This document shows, one piece after another, positions 54,831 to 64,000 of a stretch of 64,000 bases of DNA; position 1 is the first letter of the stretch; every line of letters starts with the position of its first letter. Below the pieces are notes generated by a model. The model had not been told where the DNA came from and did not search any database. It saw only the letters and a program-made list of their open reading frames with translations. Position numbers and translations under genes: made by a program. Source of the stretch: a candidate division FCPU426 bacterium (lineage in GTDB: Bacteria > Oederibacteriota > PGYV01 > Palsa-1178). The DNA lies in NCBI GenBank assembly GCA_963840035.1, contig CAWIXE010000001.1:480001-544000 (forward strand), written 5' to 3'.

Positions 54831-55724
54831 ATGCCACAGGTATCAATGAAAGCACTTCTCGAAAGCGGCGTCCATTTCGGACACCAAACCAAACGCTGGA
54901 ACCCGAAGATGAAACCTTATATCTTTGCGGCACGTAACGGCATTTACATCATCGACCTGCAGAAGACACTCAAGTACACCAAGGACGCCATCGTGTTCGT
55001 AAAAGACATCGTCCGCAAGGGCAAGAACATCATGTTCGTCGGAACAAAAAAACAGGCCAAAGACGCCATCAAGGAAGAAGCCATACGCTGCGGCATGCCT
55101 TTCGTATGCTCCAGGTGGTTAGGCGGCACCATGACTAACTTCGAGACCATCAGGAAAAGGATGGAAAGGTTAAGGCAGCTTGAAGAAATGGACGCATCCG
55201 GCGGATTCGAACGCTATCCGATCAAGGAAAAAATGTCCATGCAGAAAGAACTCAGGAAACTTTCAGAGAACTTAGGCGGCCTTAAGGAAATGGGAACGCT
55301 CCCGGGAGCCATATTTGTCATAGACACAAAGCGCGAAGAAAACGCCGTTAAAGAAGGAAACAAACTCGGAATTCCCGTCATAGCCGTGGTTGACACGAAC
55401 TGCGACCCGGAACCTATCGACGTTTTAATCCCGGGAAATGACGACGCCATCCGCGCCGTACGCTTAATGTGCAAGATCATGGCGGACACCATCATAGAGG
55501 AAAAAGTTGCCATGGAAAAAGAGAAAGAACAGCAGATAAAGCAGGAAGCTGAAACAGCGGCTATCGCCGCTGACGCCGCAGCCGCCTCATCGCCGGAAGA
55601 AAAAGAAAAGATAGCGGCGCAGGTTGTGGACACCACGGATTACGCGGAAGTTTTCGTTGATGAACTTGACGCAGAGGGAAACGTAAAGCCGAGGAAAGCG
55701 AAGAAAAAAGAGGGCGAAGAATAG
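54831..55724 (+). CDS. rpsB: 30S ribosomal protein S2
   Basis: [53 protein letters not shown]; acidic C-terminal extension. Confidence 0.98.
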   Translation: MPQVSMKALLESGVHFGHQTKRWNPKMKPYIFAARNGIYIIDLQKTLKYTKDAIVFVKDIVRKGKNIMFVGTKKQAKDAIKEEAIRCGMPFVCSRWLGGTMTNFETIRKRMERLRQLEEMDASGGFERYPIKEKMSMQKELRKLSENLGGLKEMGTLPGAIFVIDTKREENAVKEGNKLGIPVIAVVDTNCDPEPIDVLIPGNDDAIRAVRLMCKIMADTIIEEKVAMEKEKEQQIKQEAETAAIAADAAAASSPEEKEKIAAQVVDTTDYAEVFVDELDAEGNVKPRKAKKKEGEE

Positions 55725-55730
55725 TAATCG

Positions 55731-55762
55731 GATTCTGAATTCTAAATTTTAGATTCTGGATT
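55731..55762. repeat. Heptamer array (RATTYTR)x4
   Basis: gattctg aattcta aatttta gattctg gatt. Confidence 0.65.
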
Positions 55763-55808
55763 GAAAGGCAAGACCTAAAACTTACATAACATCTTAAGGA
55801 GATAAGTC

Positions 55809-56411
55809 ATGGCTGAGATATCAAAGGATCTGGTAAAAGATTTACGCGAGAAATCAGGCGCCGGGATGGGCGATTGCTTAAAGGCGCTTCAGGAAACCAA
55901 CGGCGATATGACAAAGGCAATGGAAGTATTAAGGCAGAAGGGCATAGCTTCGGCTGATAAGCGCACGGCGCGCAAGGCAAAAGAAGGGCTCGTATACGCT
56001 TACATCCATGGCGGCGGAAAAGTCGGCACCATGGTGGAGATAAACTGCGAAACAGACTTTGTGGCAAGGACCAAGGAATTTGAGGACCTGTGCAAGGAAG
56101 TCGCCATGCAGGTGGCCGCAATGTCGCCGAGATGGGTAAAAAGGGAAGAAGTTCCGGCCGAGATAGTCGCGAAAGAAAAAGAAATATACGCGGCGCAGAT
56201 GGCGGACCAGAAAAAACCGCCAAATGTCATAGAGAAGATCATCGAGGGAAAACTCGAAAAATTTTACAAAGACACATGCTTAATTGAGCAGGCGTATATA
56301 AAGGATGATTCAAAGAACATAGATACGATAGTAAAAGAAGCCATAGGAAAGATCGGCGAAAATATAGTGGTAAAAAGGTTTTCAAGGTTTGTACTTGGAG
56401 AAGAAATTTAA
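55809..56411 (+). CDS. tsf: Translation elongation factor Ts (short form)
   Basis: VKDLREKSGAGM.DC, EINCETDFVA, GENIVVKRFSRF. Confidence 0.97.
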   Translation: MAEISKDLVKDLREKSGAGMGDCLKALQETNGDMTKAMEVLRQKGIASADKRTARKAKEGLVYAYIHGGGKVGTMVEINCETDFVARTKEFEDLCKEVAMQVAAMSPRWVKREEVPAEIVAKEKEIYAAQMADQKKPPNVIEKIIEGKLEKFYKDTCLIEQAYIKDDSKNIDTIVKEAIGKIGENIVVKRFSRFVLGEEI

Positions 56412-56416
56412 AAGTC

Positions 56417-56517
56417 AGTGCGGAGGGTAAAGTTCGGAGTTCGGAGTTGACATAATTAACCGAACTAATGCGGTTGTTTATGTTGAACTCCGAACTCCGA
56501 ACCCCGAACTCCGAACT
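56417..56517. repeat. Inverted heptamer array (AGTTCGG)n - loop - (GAACTCC)n
   Basis: agtgcgg agggtaa agttcgg agttcgg agtt ... gaactcc gaactcc gaacccc gaactcc gaact. Confidence 0.88.
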
Positions 56518-56547
56518 TAATTTTGTTAAACCAACTGGGGGCCGCGT

Positions 56548-57264
56548 ATGGGAAAAACAAAAAAGTACAAGAGAATCATGCTGAAAATCTCCGGCGAAGC
56601 GCTTGGCGGGGAAAAAGGCTCGGGCATCGATTATGATACTGTGTATTCCATAGCTGAAGAAATAAAAGAAGTGCACAAACAGGGGGTCCAGATAGCCCTC
56701 GTAATAGGCGGCGGGAACATCTTCCGCGGCGGCAGGGGAAAAAATTTCAAGATAGACCGCGTGGTCGGCGATTATATGGGCATGCTCGCCACCGTCATAA
56801 ACGCCATGGCATTCCAGGACGTGCTCGAGCAGATGGGCGTAAAGACCAGGGTATTATCCGCCATTGAAATGCAGAAAATAGCCGAGCCATTCATACGCCG
56901 CAGGGCGCAGAGGCACCTCGAAAAAGGGCGCGTCGTTATCTTCGCCGGAGGCACCGGAAACCCTTACTTCACCACGGATACGGCGGCAGCGCTGCGCGCC
57001 ATTGAGATAGGCTCCGAAGTCGTGCTTAAAGCCACCAAAGTCGGCGGCGTTTACACGGGCGACCCGGAAAAAGACAAAACCGCGAAAAAATACGACACCT
57101 TAAAATACATCGACGTCTTAAACCAGCACCTTCAGGTCATAGACTCGACGGCCATATCGCTTTGCATGGACAACAAGATACCGGTAATTATTTTCAACCT
57201 TAAGGAAAAAGGCAATATTCAGAAGGTGGTTAACGGAAAGAAAATAGGGACGATCATTCAATAA
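56548..57264 (+). CDS. pyrH: UMP kinase
   Basis: [41 protein letters not shown]. Confidence 0.98.
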   Translation: MGKTKKYKRIMLKISGEALGGEKGSGIDYDTVYSIAEEIKEVHKQGVQIALVIGGGNIFRGGRGKNFKIDRVVGDYMGMLATVINAMAFQDVLEQMGVKTRVLSAIEMQKIAEPFIRRRAQRHLEKGRVVIFAGGTGNPYFTTDTAAALRAIEIGSEVVLKATKVGGVYTGDPEKDKTAKKYDTLKYIDVLNQHLQVIDSTAISLCMDNKIPVIIFNLKEKGNIQKVVNGKKIGTIIQ

Positions 57265-57280
57265 TCTCCTGGAGGGAATC

Positions 57281-57835
57281 ATGGATAAAGTATTCGCCGA
57301 GCTTGAAACAAAAATGAAAAAAACAACCGAGGTTTTTCAGAAAGAACTTTCAAATATCAGGACAGGCAGGGCAAGCGCCGCGGTTTTAGACGGCGTGCGC
57401 GTAATGTACTACGGCAACCCCATGCCGATAAACCAGGTCGCGGCCATTTCAGTGGTTGAGGCAAAGACCCTCGACATCAAGCCGTGGGACAAAGGCGTGG
57501 TAAAGGACCTTGAAAAAGCCATCATGGAAGCAAACCTTGGACTCTCCATTGTCAATACGGGAGATTCGCTGAAGGTAAGGTTCCCGGATTTAACGGAAGA
57601 GACCAGGAAAGATCTCGTAAAAAAAGTTAAAAAGATGTCGGAAGAGTCAAAAGTGGACCTCCGCAACATACGCAGGGATTTTAATGAAAAGGTTAAGGAC
57701 CAGGAGAAGAACAAGGAAATATCACAGGACGAATTAAAGCTCGCCGAAACACACATACAAAAAGCCACGGATAAGCACATACTCAACATAGACAACATAG
57801 TAAAGGACAAAGAAAAAGAATTAATGACCATATAA
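57281..57835 (+). CDS. frr: Ribosome recycling factor
   Basis: IRTGRAS, YYG, P.LTEE.RK, RNIRRD, KEKELM. Confidence 0.97.
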   Translation: MDKVFAELETKMKKTTEVFQKELSNIRTGRASAAVLDGVRVMYYGNPMPINQVAAISVVEAKTLDIKPWDKGVVKDLEKAIMEANLGLSIVNTGDSLKVRFPDLTEETRKDLVKKVKKMSEESKVDLRNIRRDFNEKVKDQEKNKEISQDELKLAETHIQKATDKHILNIDNIVKDKEKELMTI

Positions 57836-57840
57836 AATAC

Positions 57841-57913
57841 ATGTCGGATATCGGATGTCGGATATCGGATATAAACTGCAAGATCCGCAAACCGCAATCT
57901 GCGATCCGCAAGC
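57841..57913. repeat. Two adjacent heptamer arrays: (ATRTCGG)x4 and (RATCCGC)x4
   Basis: atgtcgg atatcgg atgtcgg atatcgg; gatccgc aaaccgc aatctgc gatccgc. Confidence 0.85.
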
Positions 57914-57929
57914 GCATGATTGGATGATA

Positions 57930-58649
57930 ATGGATAAAAAAATGAAAGTCCCGGCCCACATTGCCATCATCATGGACGGTAACGGCAGATGGGCCAATAA
58001 AAGGAACCTTCCCAGGGTGCTAGGCCATAAGGAAGGGGCAAAATCTGTCAAGGCCATCACCGAAGCTTGCGCCGAGCTCGGGGTAAAATACCTCACTTTA
58101 TACGCTTTCTCCACCGAAAACTGGAAAAGGCCGGAAAAGGAAGTGGGATTCCTCATGGATCTTTTATCCAGCCACCTCGACAATGAAAAAAAGACAATGA
58201 TGAAAAACAACGTCCGCCTTTTAACCATCGGCGACATAGACAGGCTTCCCGCGAAAGTCACAAAAAAACTAGATTCCGTGAAAAAAGCCACATCAAAAAA
58301 TACCGGACTTAAACTCGTGCTCGCCCTGAATTACGGGTCAAAAAGGGAAATTACAAAGGCCGTGCGCGACATAGCCGCAAAGGCAAAAAAAGGCAGGATA
58401 AAAATATCAGATATAAATGAAGAGACAATATCAGGCCATCTTTACACAAAGGGGATGCCTGACCCTGACCTTCTTATCCGGACCAGCGGGGAGATGAGGA
58501 TATCAAATTTTCTGCTGTGGCAGATTGCCTATTCGGAGATATATGTGACAGATGTGCTCTGGCCCGATTTCAGAAAAAAAGAACTCCTTGCCGCGCTTGA
58601 GAATTTCAGCGCGCGCGAAAGAAGATTCGGAGGCGTTACCGCGTCATGA
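57930..58649 (+). CDS. uppS: Undecaprenyl diphosphate synthase (isoprenyl transferase)
   Basis: HIAIIMDGNGRWA, YAFSTENWKRP, NYG, DLLIRTSGEMRISNFLLWQ; start moved past the repeat-derived extension. Confidence 0.96.
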   Translation: MDKKMKVPAHIAIIMDGNGRWANKRNLPRVLGHKEGAKSVKAITEACAELGVKYLTLYAFSTENWKRPEKEVGFLMDLLSSHLDNEKKTMMKNNVRLLTIGDIDRLPAKVTKKLDSVKKATSKNTGLKLVLALNYGSKREITKAVRDIAAKAKKGRIKISDINEETISGHLYTKGMPDPDLLIRTSGEMRISNFLLWQIAYSEIYVTDVLWPDFRKKELLAALENFSARERRFGGVTAS

Positions 58650-59458
58650 AAACAAGGCTGATACTCTCCCTTATAATAGTACCCATATTTGCTTTCATTC
58701 TTTTTAACACCAACCCCTGGCCGTTAATCGGAGTAATGATAGTGGCGCTTACATGGGCCCTGACAGAAGTGTATTCGATGCTGAGGGCAAAGGAATTAAA
58801 ACCCTACGACTGGGCCGGGGTTATTTTCGGCCTTTACATTTACGCGATGACGCTGCTAAAAATGGACGCGGCCATACTATACGGCTGGGCAGTATTTATG
58901 ATACTGATATTCACCCTTGCTGTTTTATCAAGGAATGAAATGAATTTTACGCGTATCGGGGCCACATACCTGCCTTTAATTTATATTTCCTCCCTGGGTA
59001 TATTCGGGCTGAAACTGAGAATGATGGATCACGGGTATTACATGACGTTCCTGCTATTTCTTTATACACTTGTCTATGACGGCGGGGCGTATTTTGCCGG
59101 TTCGTTTTTCGGAAAGAACAAACTTATACCTGAAATTTCAAAAGGTAAAACAATAGAAGGCTGCGTCGGCGGGGTAATAGTGAGCATGATAACGGTCATC
59201 ATTGTAGGGCTAACATGGCTGCCGAAGGACCTCTTCGGGCCAAATACGATGATTCACCTTATAATACTTTCAGTCCTGCTCTCAGTTGTTGGCCAGCTCG
59301 GCGACTTAAGCGCCTCTTTATTAAAGAGGTTCTGCGGCGTAAAAAACTCATCAAACCTTCTGCCCGAGATGGGCGGGGTCCTGGATAAGATAGACTCGGC
59401 AATGTTTAACGCGCCAGTGCTGTTTTTGTATGCTGTTTTTGTGACGAAGTTGTTTTAG
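58646..59458 (+). CDS. cdsA: Phosphatidate cytidylyltransferase
   Basis: D.GAYFAG..FGKNKL.PEIS.GKT.EG, GDL.AS.LKR..GVK.S..L.P..GG.LD. Confidence 0.93.
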   Translation: MKTRLILSLIIVPIFAFILFNTNPWPLIGVMIVALTWALTEVYSMLRAKELKPYDWAGVIFGLYIYAMTLLKMDAAILYGWAVFMILIFTLAVLSRNEMNFTRIGATYLPLIYISSLGIFGLKLRMMDHGYYMTFLLFLYTLVYDGGAYFAGSFFGKNKLIPEISKGKTIEGCVGGVIVSMITVIIVGLTWLPKDLFGPNTMIHLIILSVLLSVVGQLGDLSASLLKRFCGVKNSSNLLPEMGGVLDKIDSAMFNAPVLFLYAVFVTKLF

Positions 59459-59463
59459 CAGGT

Positions 59464-59591
59464 TATATTGGATATACGATATGCGATATTAGATATAAAC
59501 TATACAATATTTGATATACGATATAGGATATTAGATATAAAACCGGCGGTTTAAGCCATATATCTAATATCCGATATCCAATATCCAATAT
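59464..59591. repeat. Long inverted heptamer array (GATATNN)x11 - loop - (ATATCYN)x4
   Basis: gatatac gatatgc gatatta gatataa ... atatcta atatccg atatcca atatcca. Confidence 0.88.
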
Positions 59592-59606
59592 TACCAAGGA
59601 TGACTT

Positions 59607-60752
59607 ATGAAAAAAGTGGTAATCATCGGTTCCACCGGGTCCATAGGAAAGTCGGCGCTTGACCTTTTTGACACCGTGCTTAAGGATTATCAGGTGCTGG
59701 CGTTATCCGCAAACGAAAACGTTGTGGAACTGGCAAAACAGGTAAAAAAATACAGGCCGAAATACGCCGTCATAACAAACCCTGAGAATAATAACATCAT
59801 AAAAAAGGCCAACAAATCCACAAAAGTCTTAAACGGCATTAACGGATTGATGGAGATAGCTTCGTTAAAAGAAGCTGACCTCATACTGCTCGGGCTTGTC
59901 GGGTCCGTCGGCATAGTCCCTTTAATGGCGGCGGCGCGCGCTGGAAAGCGCATTGCCATGGCAAACAAGGAATCCCTGGTAATGGCCGGTTCCATAGTGT
60001 TAAACGAAGTAAAAAAATACGGCGCCGAAATAATACCCGTGGACTCGGAGCACAGCGCCATATTCCAGTGCCTTCAGGGCAATGATGTTGAAAACGTAAA
60101 AAGGCTCATCATCACAGCTTCAGGCGGCCCGTTTAAAAATTTAAAGGCTTCAGGGTTAAAGCACATCACGCCTGAGCAGGCCTTAAACCATCCGACATGG
60201 AAAATGGGAAAAAAAATCACCATAGACTCATCCACACTGATGAACAAGGGGCTGGAAGTCATAGAAGCGCATTACCTCTTCGGCCTGCCCTTTGAAAAAA
60301 TAGACGTCGTCATACACCCGCAGTCCATCATTCACTCCATGGTGGAGTACATAGACGGCTCCATCATGGCGCAGATGTCGCACCCTGACATGAGGCTGCC
60401 TATACTTTACGCGCTGACATATCCGGGCAGGCGCGCCGGCGTCATAAAGCCCATGAGTTTTTCAGAAATAGCAAGGCTGGATTTTTTCAAAGTGGACTTC
60501 AAGAAGTTTCCGTGCTTTGAGCTTGCTTTATCCGCGGGAAAGACGGGCGGCACTATGCCCGCTGTCATGAACGGCGCGAACGAGGCAGCCGTGAATAATT
60601 TCCTAAATAAAAAAATTGCTTTTGATAAAATACCGTATTATGTGAGGAAGACTATGGAATCGCATAAAACCGTGAAGAAGCCGGGAATAGATGAAGTGCT
60701 GCGAGCGGACCTTCTGGCCCGCGCAAGCGTGGAGGAGATGATAAATGGTTGA
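59607..60752 (+). CDS. dxr: 1-deoxy-D-xylulose-5-phosphate reductoisomerase
   Basis: GSTGSIG, ANKESLV, PVDSEHSA, HPTWKMGKKITIDS, NKGLEVIEA, NGANE. Confidence 0.98.
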   Translation: MKKVVIIGSTGSIGKSALDLFDTVLKDYQVLALSANENVVELAKQVKKYRPKYAVITNPENNNIIKKANKSTKVLNGINGLMEIASLKEADLILLGLVGSVGIVPLMAAARAGKRIAMANKESLVMAGSIVLNEVKKYGAEIIPVDSEHSAIFQCLQGNDVENVKRLIITASGGPFKNLKASGLKHITPEQALNHPTWKMGKKITIDSSTLMNKGLEVIEAHYLFGLPFEKIDVVIHPQSIIHSMVEYIDGSIMAQMSHPDMRLPILYALTYPGRRAGVIKPMSFSEIARLDFFKVDFKKFPCFELALSAGKTGGTMPAVMNGANEAAVNNFLNKKIAFDKIPYYVRKTMESHKTVKKPGIDEVLRADLLARASVEEMING

Positions 60753-62091
60753 GATACTGTACATAATAATAACGATAGGCCTGACAATATTTGTCCATGA
60801 GCTGGGCCATTTTGTGGCCGCAAAAAGGCTCGGGGTAAAAGTCGAAAAATTCGCCATAGGTTGGGGGCCCAAGATTGCTTCTTTTAAAAAAGGCGACACA
60901 GAATACTTAATAGCCCTGTTTTTCTTCCTGGGCGGTTACGTAAAGATGGCGGGGGAAAATCCTGAGGAAGCAGAGGCCATAGGGGACCGCGCGTTCTTAA
61001 AACAGGCGCCGTGGAAAAAAATAGTTATATCGGTTTCCGGGGTAATACAAAACGCCATCTTCGCGGTATTCCTCATGTGGATAGTATTTCTTTTCGGCAC
61101 GGATTCATTAAAGCCGGTCATTGACGACGTTAAAAAAGGCTACCCCGCATATGAAGCCGGGTTAAAACGCGGGGATATCATTACAGGAATAAACAGCGAG
61201 AAGGTGCTCTACTGGAACCAGATATCGGAGTTCATATCAGCCACAAAAGGGGAACCGGTAAAAATTTCGGTGAACCGCGAAGGTAAAGCCATTGAGTTTA
61301 CCCTAAAGCCTGTTATGGAGGAGAGCGAGGATATATTAAAGGATAAGAAAATGAAACCGATCCTCGGGATTACGCCGCTGACGATACTTCCCGTGGTTGA
61401 GGAATTAAAAAAAGGCTTTCCCGCGGAAGCCGCCGGGATGAAAAAAGGCGATATAATCAAAAAAATAGACGGCAAAGAGATAAAATACTGGGAAGACTTT
61501 ACCGCCGCGATACAATCCTCAAAAGGAAAAGAAATTAAAATGACCCTGGAAAGGGCGGATAAAACGCTGAAGACAGGGACAGTGGAAGTGCGCCTCTCGC
61601 CGAAGATGGTGATTACCGAGGACGAGGAAAAGAAAAAAATAGAGACATATCAGATAGGCATATCACCGCTTGGAAACTATACCAAGGAGCATTACGGCCC
61701 GGTAAAAGCCCTGGAAAAAGGGGCAAAGCAGGCGTGGTTCTTTACAGAGATAACCGTAAAATCCATATATAAGATGATAGCGCGCAAAATAGAGCCTGAC
61801 ATAGCCGGCCCCATAGGCGTGGCTCAGATAGCCTATAAGGTGGCAAAGACAGGGCTTATAAACCTGCTGCTGTTAATCGCCATCATTAACATCAACCTAG
61901 CGCTTTTCAACCTCCTGCCGCTTATTCCTTTCGACGGCGGGCTCATAGTAATGTTCCTGGTGGAAGCAATCACGGGAAAAGCAGTGCCTTTAAAAGCGCA
62001 GGAGATAATGATGGAAATAGGCTGGGCCCTTGTCATAGTGCTGATACTGTTTGTGACGTACAGCGATATAATGAGGCTTATAAAAGGATAA
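60745..62091 (+). CDS. rseP: RIP metalloprotease RseP with two PDZ domains
   Basis: HELGH, GGYVKM, two PA..AG.K.GD PDZ repeats, GPIG, NLLPLIPFDGG. Confidence 0.95.
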   Translation: MVEILYIIITIGLTIFVHELGHFVAAKRLGVKVEKFAIGWGPKIASFKKGDTEYLIALFFFLGGYVKMAGENPEEAEAIGDRAFLKQAPWKKIVISVSGVIQNAIFAVFLMWIVFLFGTDSLKPVIDDVKKGYPAYEAGLKRGDIITGINSEKVLYWNQISEFISATKGEPVKISVNREGKAIEFTLKPVMEESEDILKDKKMKPILGITPLTILPVVEELKKGFPAEAAGMKKGDIIKKIDGKEIKYWEDFTAAIQSSKGKEIKMTLERADKTLKTGTVEVRLSPKMVITEDEEKKKIETYQIGISPLGNYTKEHYGPVKALEKGAKQAWFFTEITVKSIYKMIARKIEPDIAGPIGVAQIAYKVAKTGLINLLLLIAIININLALFNLLPLIPFDGGLIVMFLVEAITGKAVPLKAQEIMMEIGWALVIVLILFVTYSDIMRLIKG

Positions 62092-62119
62092 TGCGGATTG
62101 GCGATTGCGGAATGCGGAA
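62092..62119. repeat. Heptamer array (TGCGGAW)x4
   Basis: tgcggat tggcgat tgcggaa tgcggaa; reverse-complement family of the 57882-57909 array. Confidence 0.7.
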
Positions 62120-62145
62120 TAAATACAAAACCAGGCGGAAGATGA

Positions 62146-63210
62146 ATGACAAATAAAGTAAAGATCGGAAAAGTTACCATAGGCGGGGGGAATCCCATCG
62201 CGGTGCAGTCCATGACGAATACAAAGACTGCCAACGTGAAGGCTACTGTCGCGCAGATTCAGCGGCTAACTTCCGCCGGCTGTGAGATAGTGCGCTGCGG
62301 CATACCTGACATGGAGTCGGCGCAGGCGCTTAAAGACATTAAGAAAAAAATTAAAATACCTCTCGTGGCGGATATCCATTACGATTACAGGCTTGCCATA
62401 GAGTCCATGAAGAACGGGGCGGACAAGATAAGGATCAACCCGGGAAATATCGGCGCGGCTGAAAAAGTGCAGGCAGTCATAGAAGCGGCGCAGAAATACA
62501 AATGCGCCATAAGGGTGGGAGTGAATTCAGGATCGCTAAAGGCAGCTGAAAATTTAAAACTGAAAATTGAAAGTGGAAACAAAACCGCAAACACCATGGT
62601 TGGTTCGCTTATGGAACATATTGAGTTCTTTGAACGGTTGGAATTTTCCGACATTGTCGTATCGCTTAAAGCCTCCGACATACTCACCACGTTTGAAGCG
62701 TACAAACTTTTTTCAAAGCTGCGCGATTATCCCACACACATAGGGATTACCGAGGCGGGAACGGAACTTGGCGGCGTTATAAAATCATCAGCCGGCCTCG
62801 CGCTGCTTTTAAATGAGGGTATCGGCGATACCATGAGGGTTTCGCTTACTGCGGAGCCTGAAAAGGAAATATATGTGGCGTACAGGATACTCGACGCGCT
62901 AAATAAAAGGAAGAGGGGCGTGGATATCATCTCGTGCCCCACGTGCGCAAGGACAGAGATAGACGTGATAAAACTGGCGCATGACGTGGAGAAGATGACA
63001 ATGAACGTGGAAAAACCCCTGAAAGTGGCTGTTATGGGCTGCTCAGTCAACGGCCCCGGCGAAGCTTCCCACGCGGACATAGGAGTGGCAGGAGGCAGGG
63101 GAATAGGGCTGATATTTAAGAAAGGAAAGATAATAAAGAAAGTGAAGAAGGCTGTGCTGTTGAAGGAGTTTAGTAAAGAACTTAAGAAGAGTTTAAGAGA
63201 CAAGAGATAG
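62146..63210 (+). CDS. ispG: HMBPP synthase (flavodoxin-dependent)
   Basis: VQSMTNTKT, VADIHYD, RINPGNIG, RVGVNSGSL, GDTMRVSL, SCPTCAR, VMGCSVNGPGE. Confidence 0.98.
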   Translation: MTNKVKIGKVTIGGGNPIAVQSMTNTKTANVKATVAQIQRLTSAGCEIVRCGIPDMESAQALKDIKKKIKIPLVADIHYDYRLAIESMKNGADKIRINPGNIGAAEKVQAVIEAAQKYKCAIRVGVNSGSLKAAENLKLKIESGNKTANTMVGSLMEHIEFFERLEFSDIVVSLKASDILTTFEAYKLFSKLRDYPTHIGITEAGTELGGVIKSSAGLALLLNEGIGDTMRVSLTAEPEKEIYVAYRILDALNKRKRGVDIISCPTCARTEIDVIKLAHDVEKMTMNVEKPLKVAVMGCSVNGPGEASHADIGVAGGRGIGLIFKKGKIIKKVKKAVLLKEFSKELKKSLRDKR

Positions 63211-63293
63211 GAGCCAGGAGTAAGGAAAAACAACGGCAGCAAAAGAGTCGTTTTTCGGTTTACTTCTGTCTCCAATCTCTTGTCTCTTGTCTC
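63197..63293. repeat. Inverted heptamer array (GAGACAR)x4 - loop - (YTGTCTC)x4 overlapping the ispG stop
   Basis: gagacaa gagatag gagccag gagtaag ... ctgtctc caatctc ttgtctc ttgtctc; same unit family at 48915-48935. Confidence 0.82.
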
Positions 63294-63319
63294 AAAAATT
63301 TTATTTTAAGGAGCCTCAC

Positions 63320-64000
63320 ATGCGCTGGTCAAAAGCCCTTATTAATACCCTCCGCGAAACGCCGAAAGAAGCGGAAACCGTCGCCCACAAATATATGCTG
63401 CGCGCGGCCATGATAAAAAAACTCGGGGCGGGAGTATACGACTGGATGCCGCTCGGGTTTAAATCATTATCAAAGGTAACAGCCATCATACGCGAAGAGA
63501 TGAACCGCGCCGGCGCGCAGGAAGTGCTTTTGCCTGTGCTCTCCCCAGCCGAACTATGGAAGGAAACAAACAGATGGAACGTTTATGGCAAAGAACTTAT
63601 GAGGATCACAGACAGGCACAACAATGAATTCGCGCTCGGGCCCACGCACGAAGAGGTCATAACCGATTTAATCCGCAGGGAAGTCAATTCATACAAGCAG
63701 CTCCCGCAGAACCTCTACCAGATACAGGTTAAGTTCCGCGACGAGATAAGGCCGCGTTTCGGAGTAATGCGTTCGCGCGAATTCATGATGAAAGACGCCT
63801 ACTCCTTTGACCGCGATGAAAAAGGCGCGATGGAAAGCTATAAAACCATGTTTGAGACATATGTCAGGATATGCAAGCGCATAGGATTCAAATTCAGGCC
63901 GGTTGAGGCCGACTCGGGCGCCATAGGCGGAAATTTATCCTCGGAATTCATGGTCTTAGCCGACACCGGAGAAGACACAATAGTATACTGCGACAAATGC
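63320..64000 (+). CDS. proS: Proline--tRNA ligase (5' part, runs off the window)
   Basis: [80 protein letters not shown]. Confidence 0.97.
   Translation, partial: MRWSKALINTLRETPKEAETVAHKYMLRAAMIKKLGAGVYDWMPLGFKSLSKVTAIIREEMNRAGAQEVLLPVLSPAELWKETNRWNVYGKELMRITDRHNNEFALGPTHEEVITDLIRREVNSYKQLPQNLYQIQVKFRDEIRPRFGVMRSREFMMKDAYSFDRDEKGAMESYKTMFETYVRICKRIGFKFRPVEADSGAIGGNLSSEFMVLADTGEDTIVYCDKC

Noticed and set aside
55500..56411. Acidic C-terminal extension of S2 and the short 200-aa EF-Ts
   Set aside because: Both are common variants in many bacterial lineages.
57855..57929. N-terminal extension of UppS in the ORF track, and similar extensions at 2307, 10414, 35829, 36810, 41299, 49537 and 51061
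   Set aside because: They run through repeats or upstream genes; downstream starts fit the RBS position and/or the family N-terminus better.
1..64000. tRNA, rRNA, CRISPR, transposase, integrase or prophage genes
   Set aside because: None was recognisable by eye in any intergenic region or ORF; a covariance-model scan would be needed to exclude small RNAs.

Overview
A 64-kb bacterial chromosomal segment, mostly coded on the + strand, at moderate GC. The gene mix (several YfhO/ArnT GT-C enzymes, PT-repeat and Lys-rich exported proteins) suggests an uncultured lineage such as Ca. Goldbacteria; this is unverified inference. It contains: (i) a surface-glycosylation cluster (UDP-glucuronate decarboxylase, YfhO-like GT-C x2, polyprenol-P-sugar synthase, epimerase), with further GT-C and UbiA-type genes elsewhere in the window; (ii) housekeeping genes (pcrA/uvrD, dgt, nadE, pyk, cutA); (iii) a mobile mystery protein A/B pair and a VapBC module; (iv) a tandem array of small Asr-like exported peptides; (v) an accessory region at about 44-54.7 kb in which most genes are separated by GTAG-type REP palindromes, including a frameshifted GH44 glucanase and a GC-chimeric beta-barrel gene; and (vi) the conserved rpsB-tsf-pyrH-frr-uppS-cdsA-dxr-rseP-ispG-proS block. 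I saw no rRNA, tRNA, CRISPR array, transposase or integrase. The most unusual signals are non-coding: tiny hairpin passenger elements inserted at equivalent positions inside REP/MITE palindromes, and 7-bp-period repeat arrays of many different sequences in the intergenic gaps of conserved operons. The most unusual proteins are two paralogues with an unrecognised C-terminal domain abutting a dGTPase gene, and a FabD-like protein lacking its catalytic residues.
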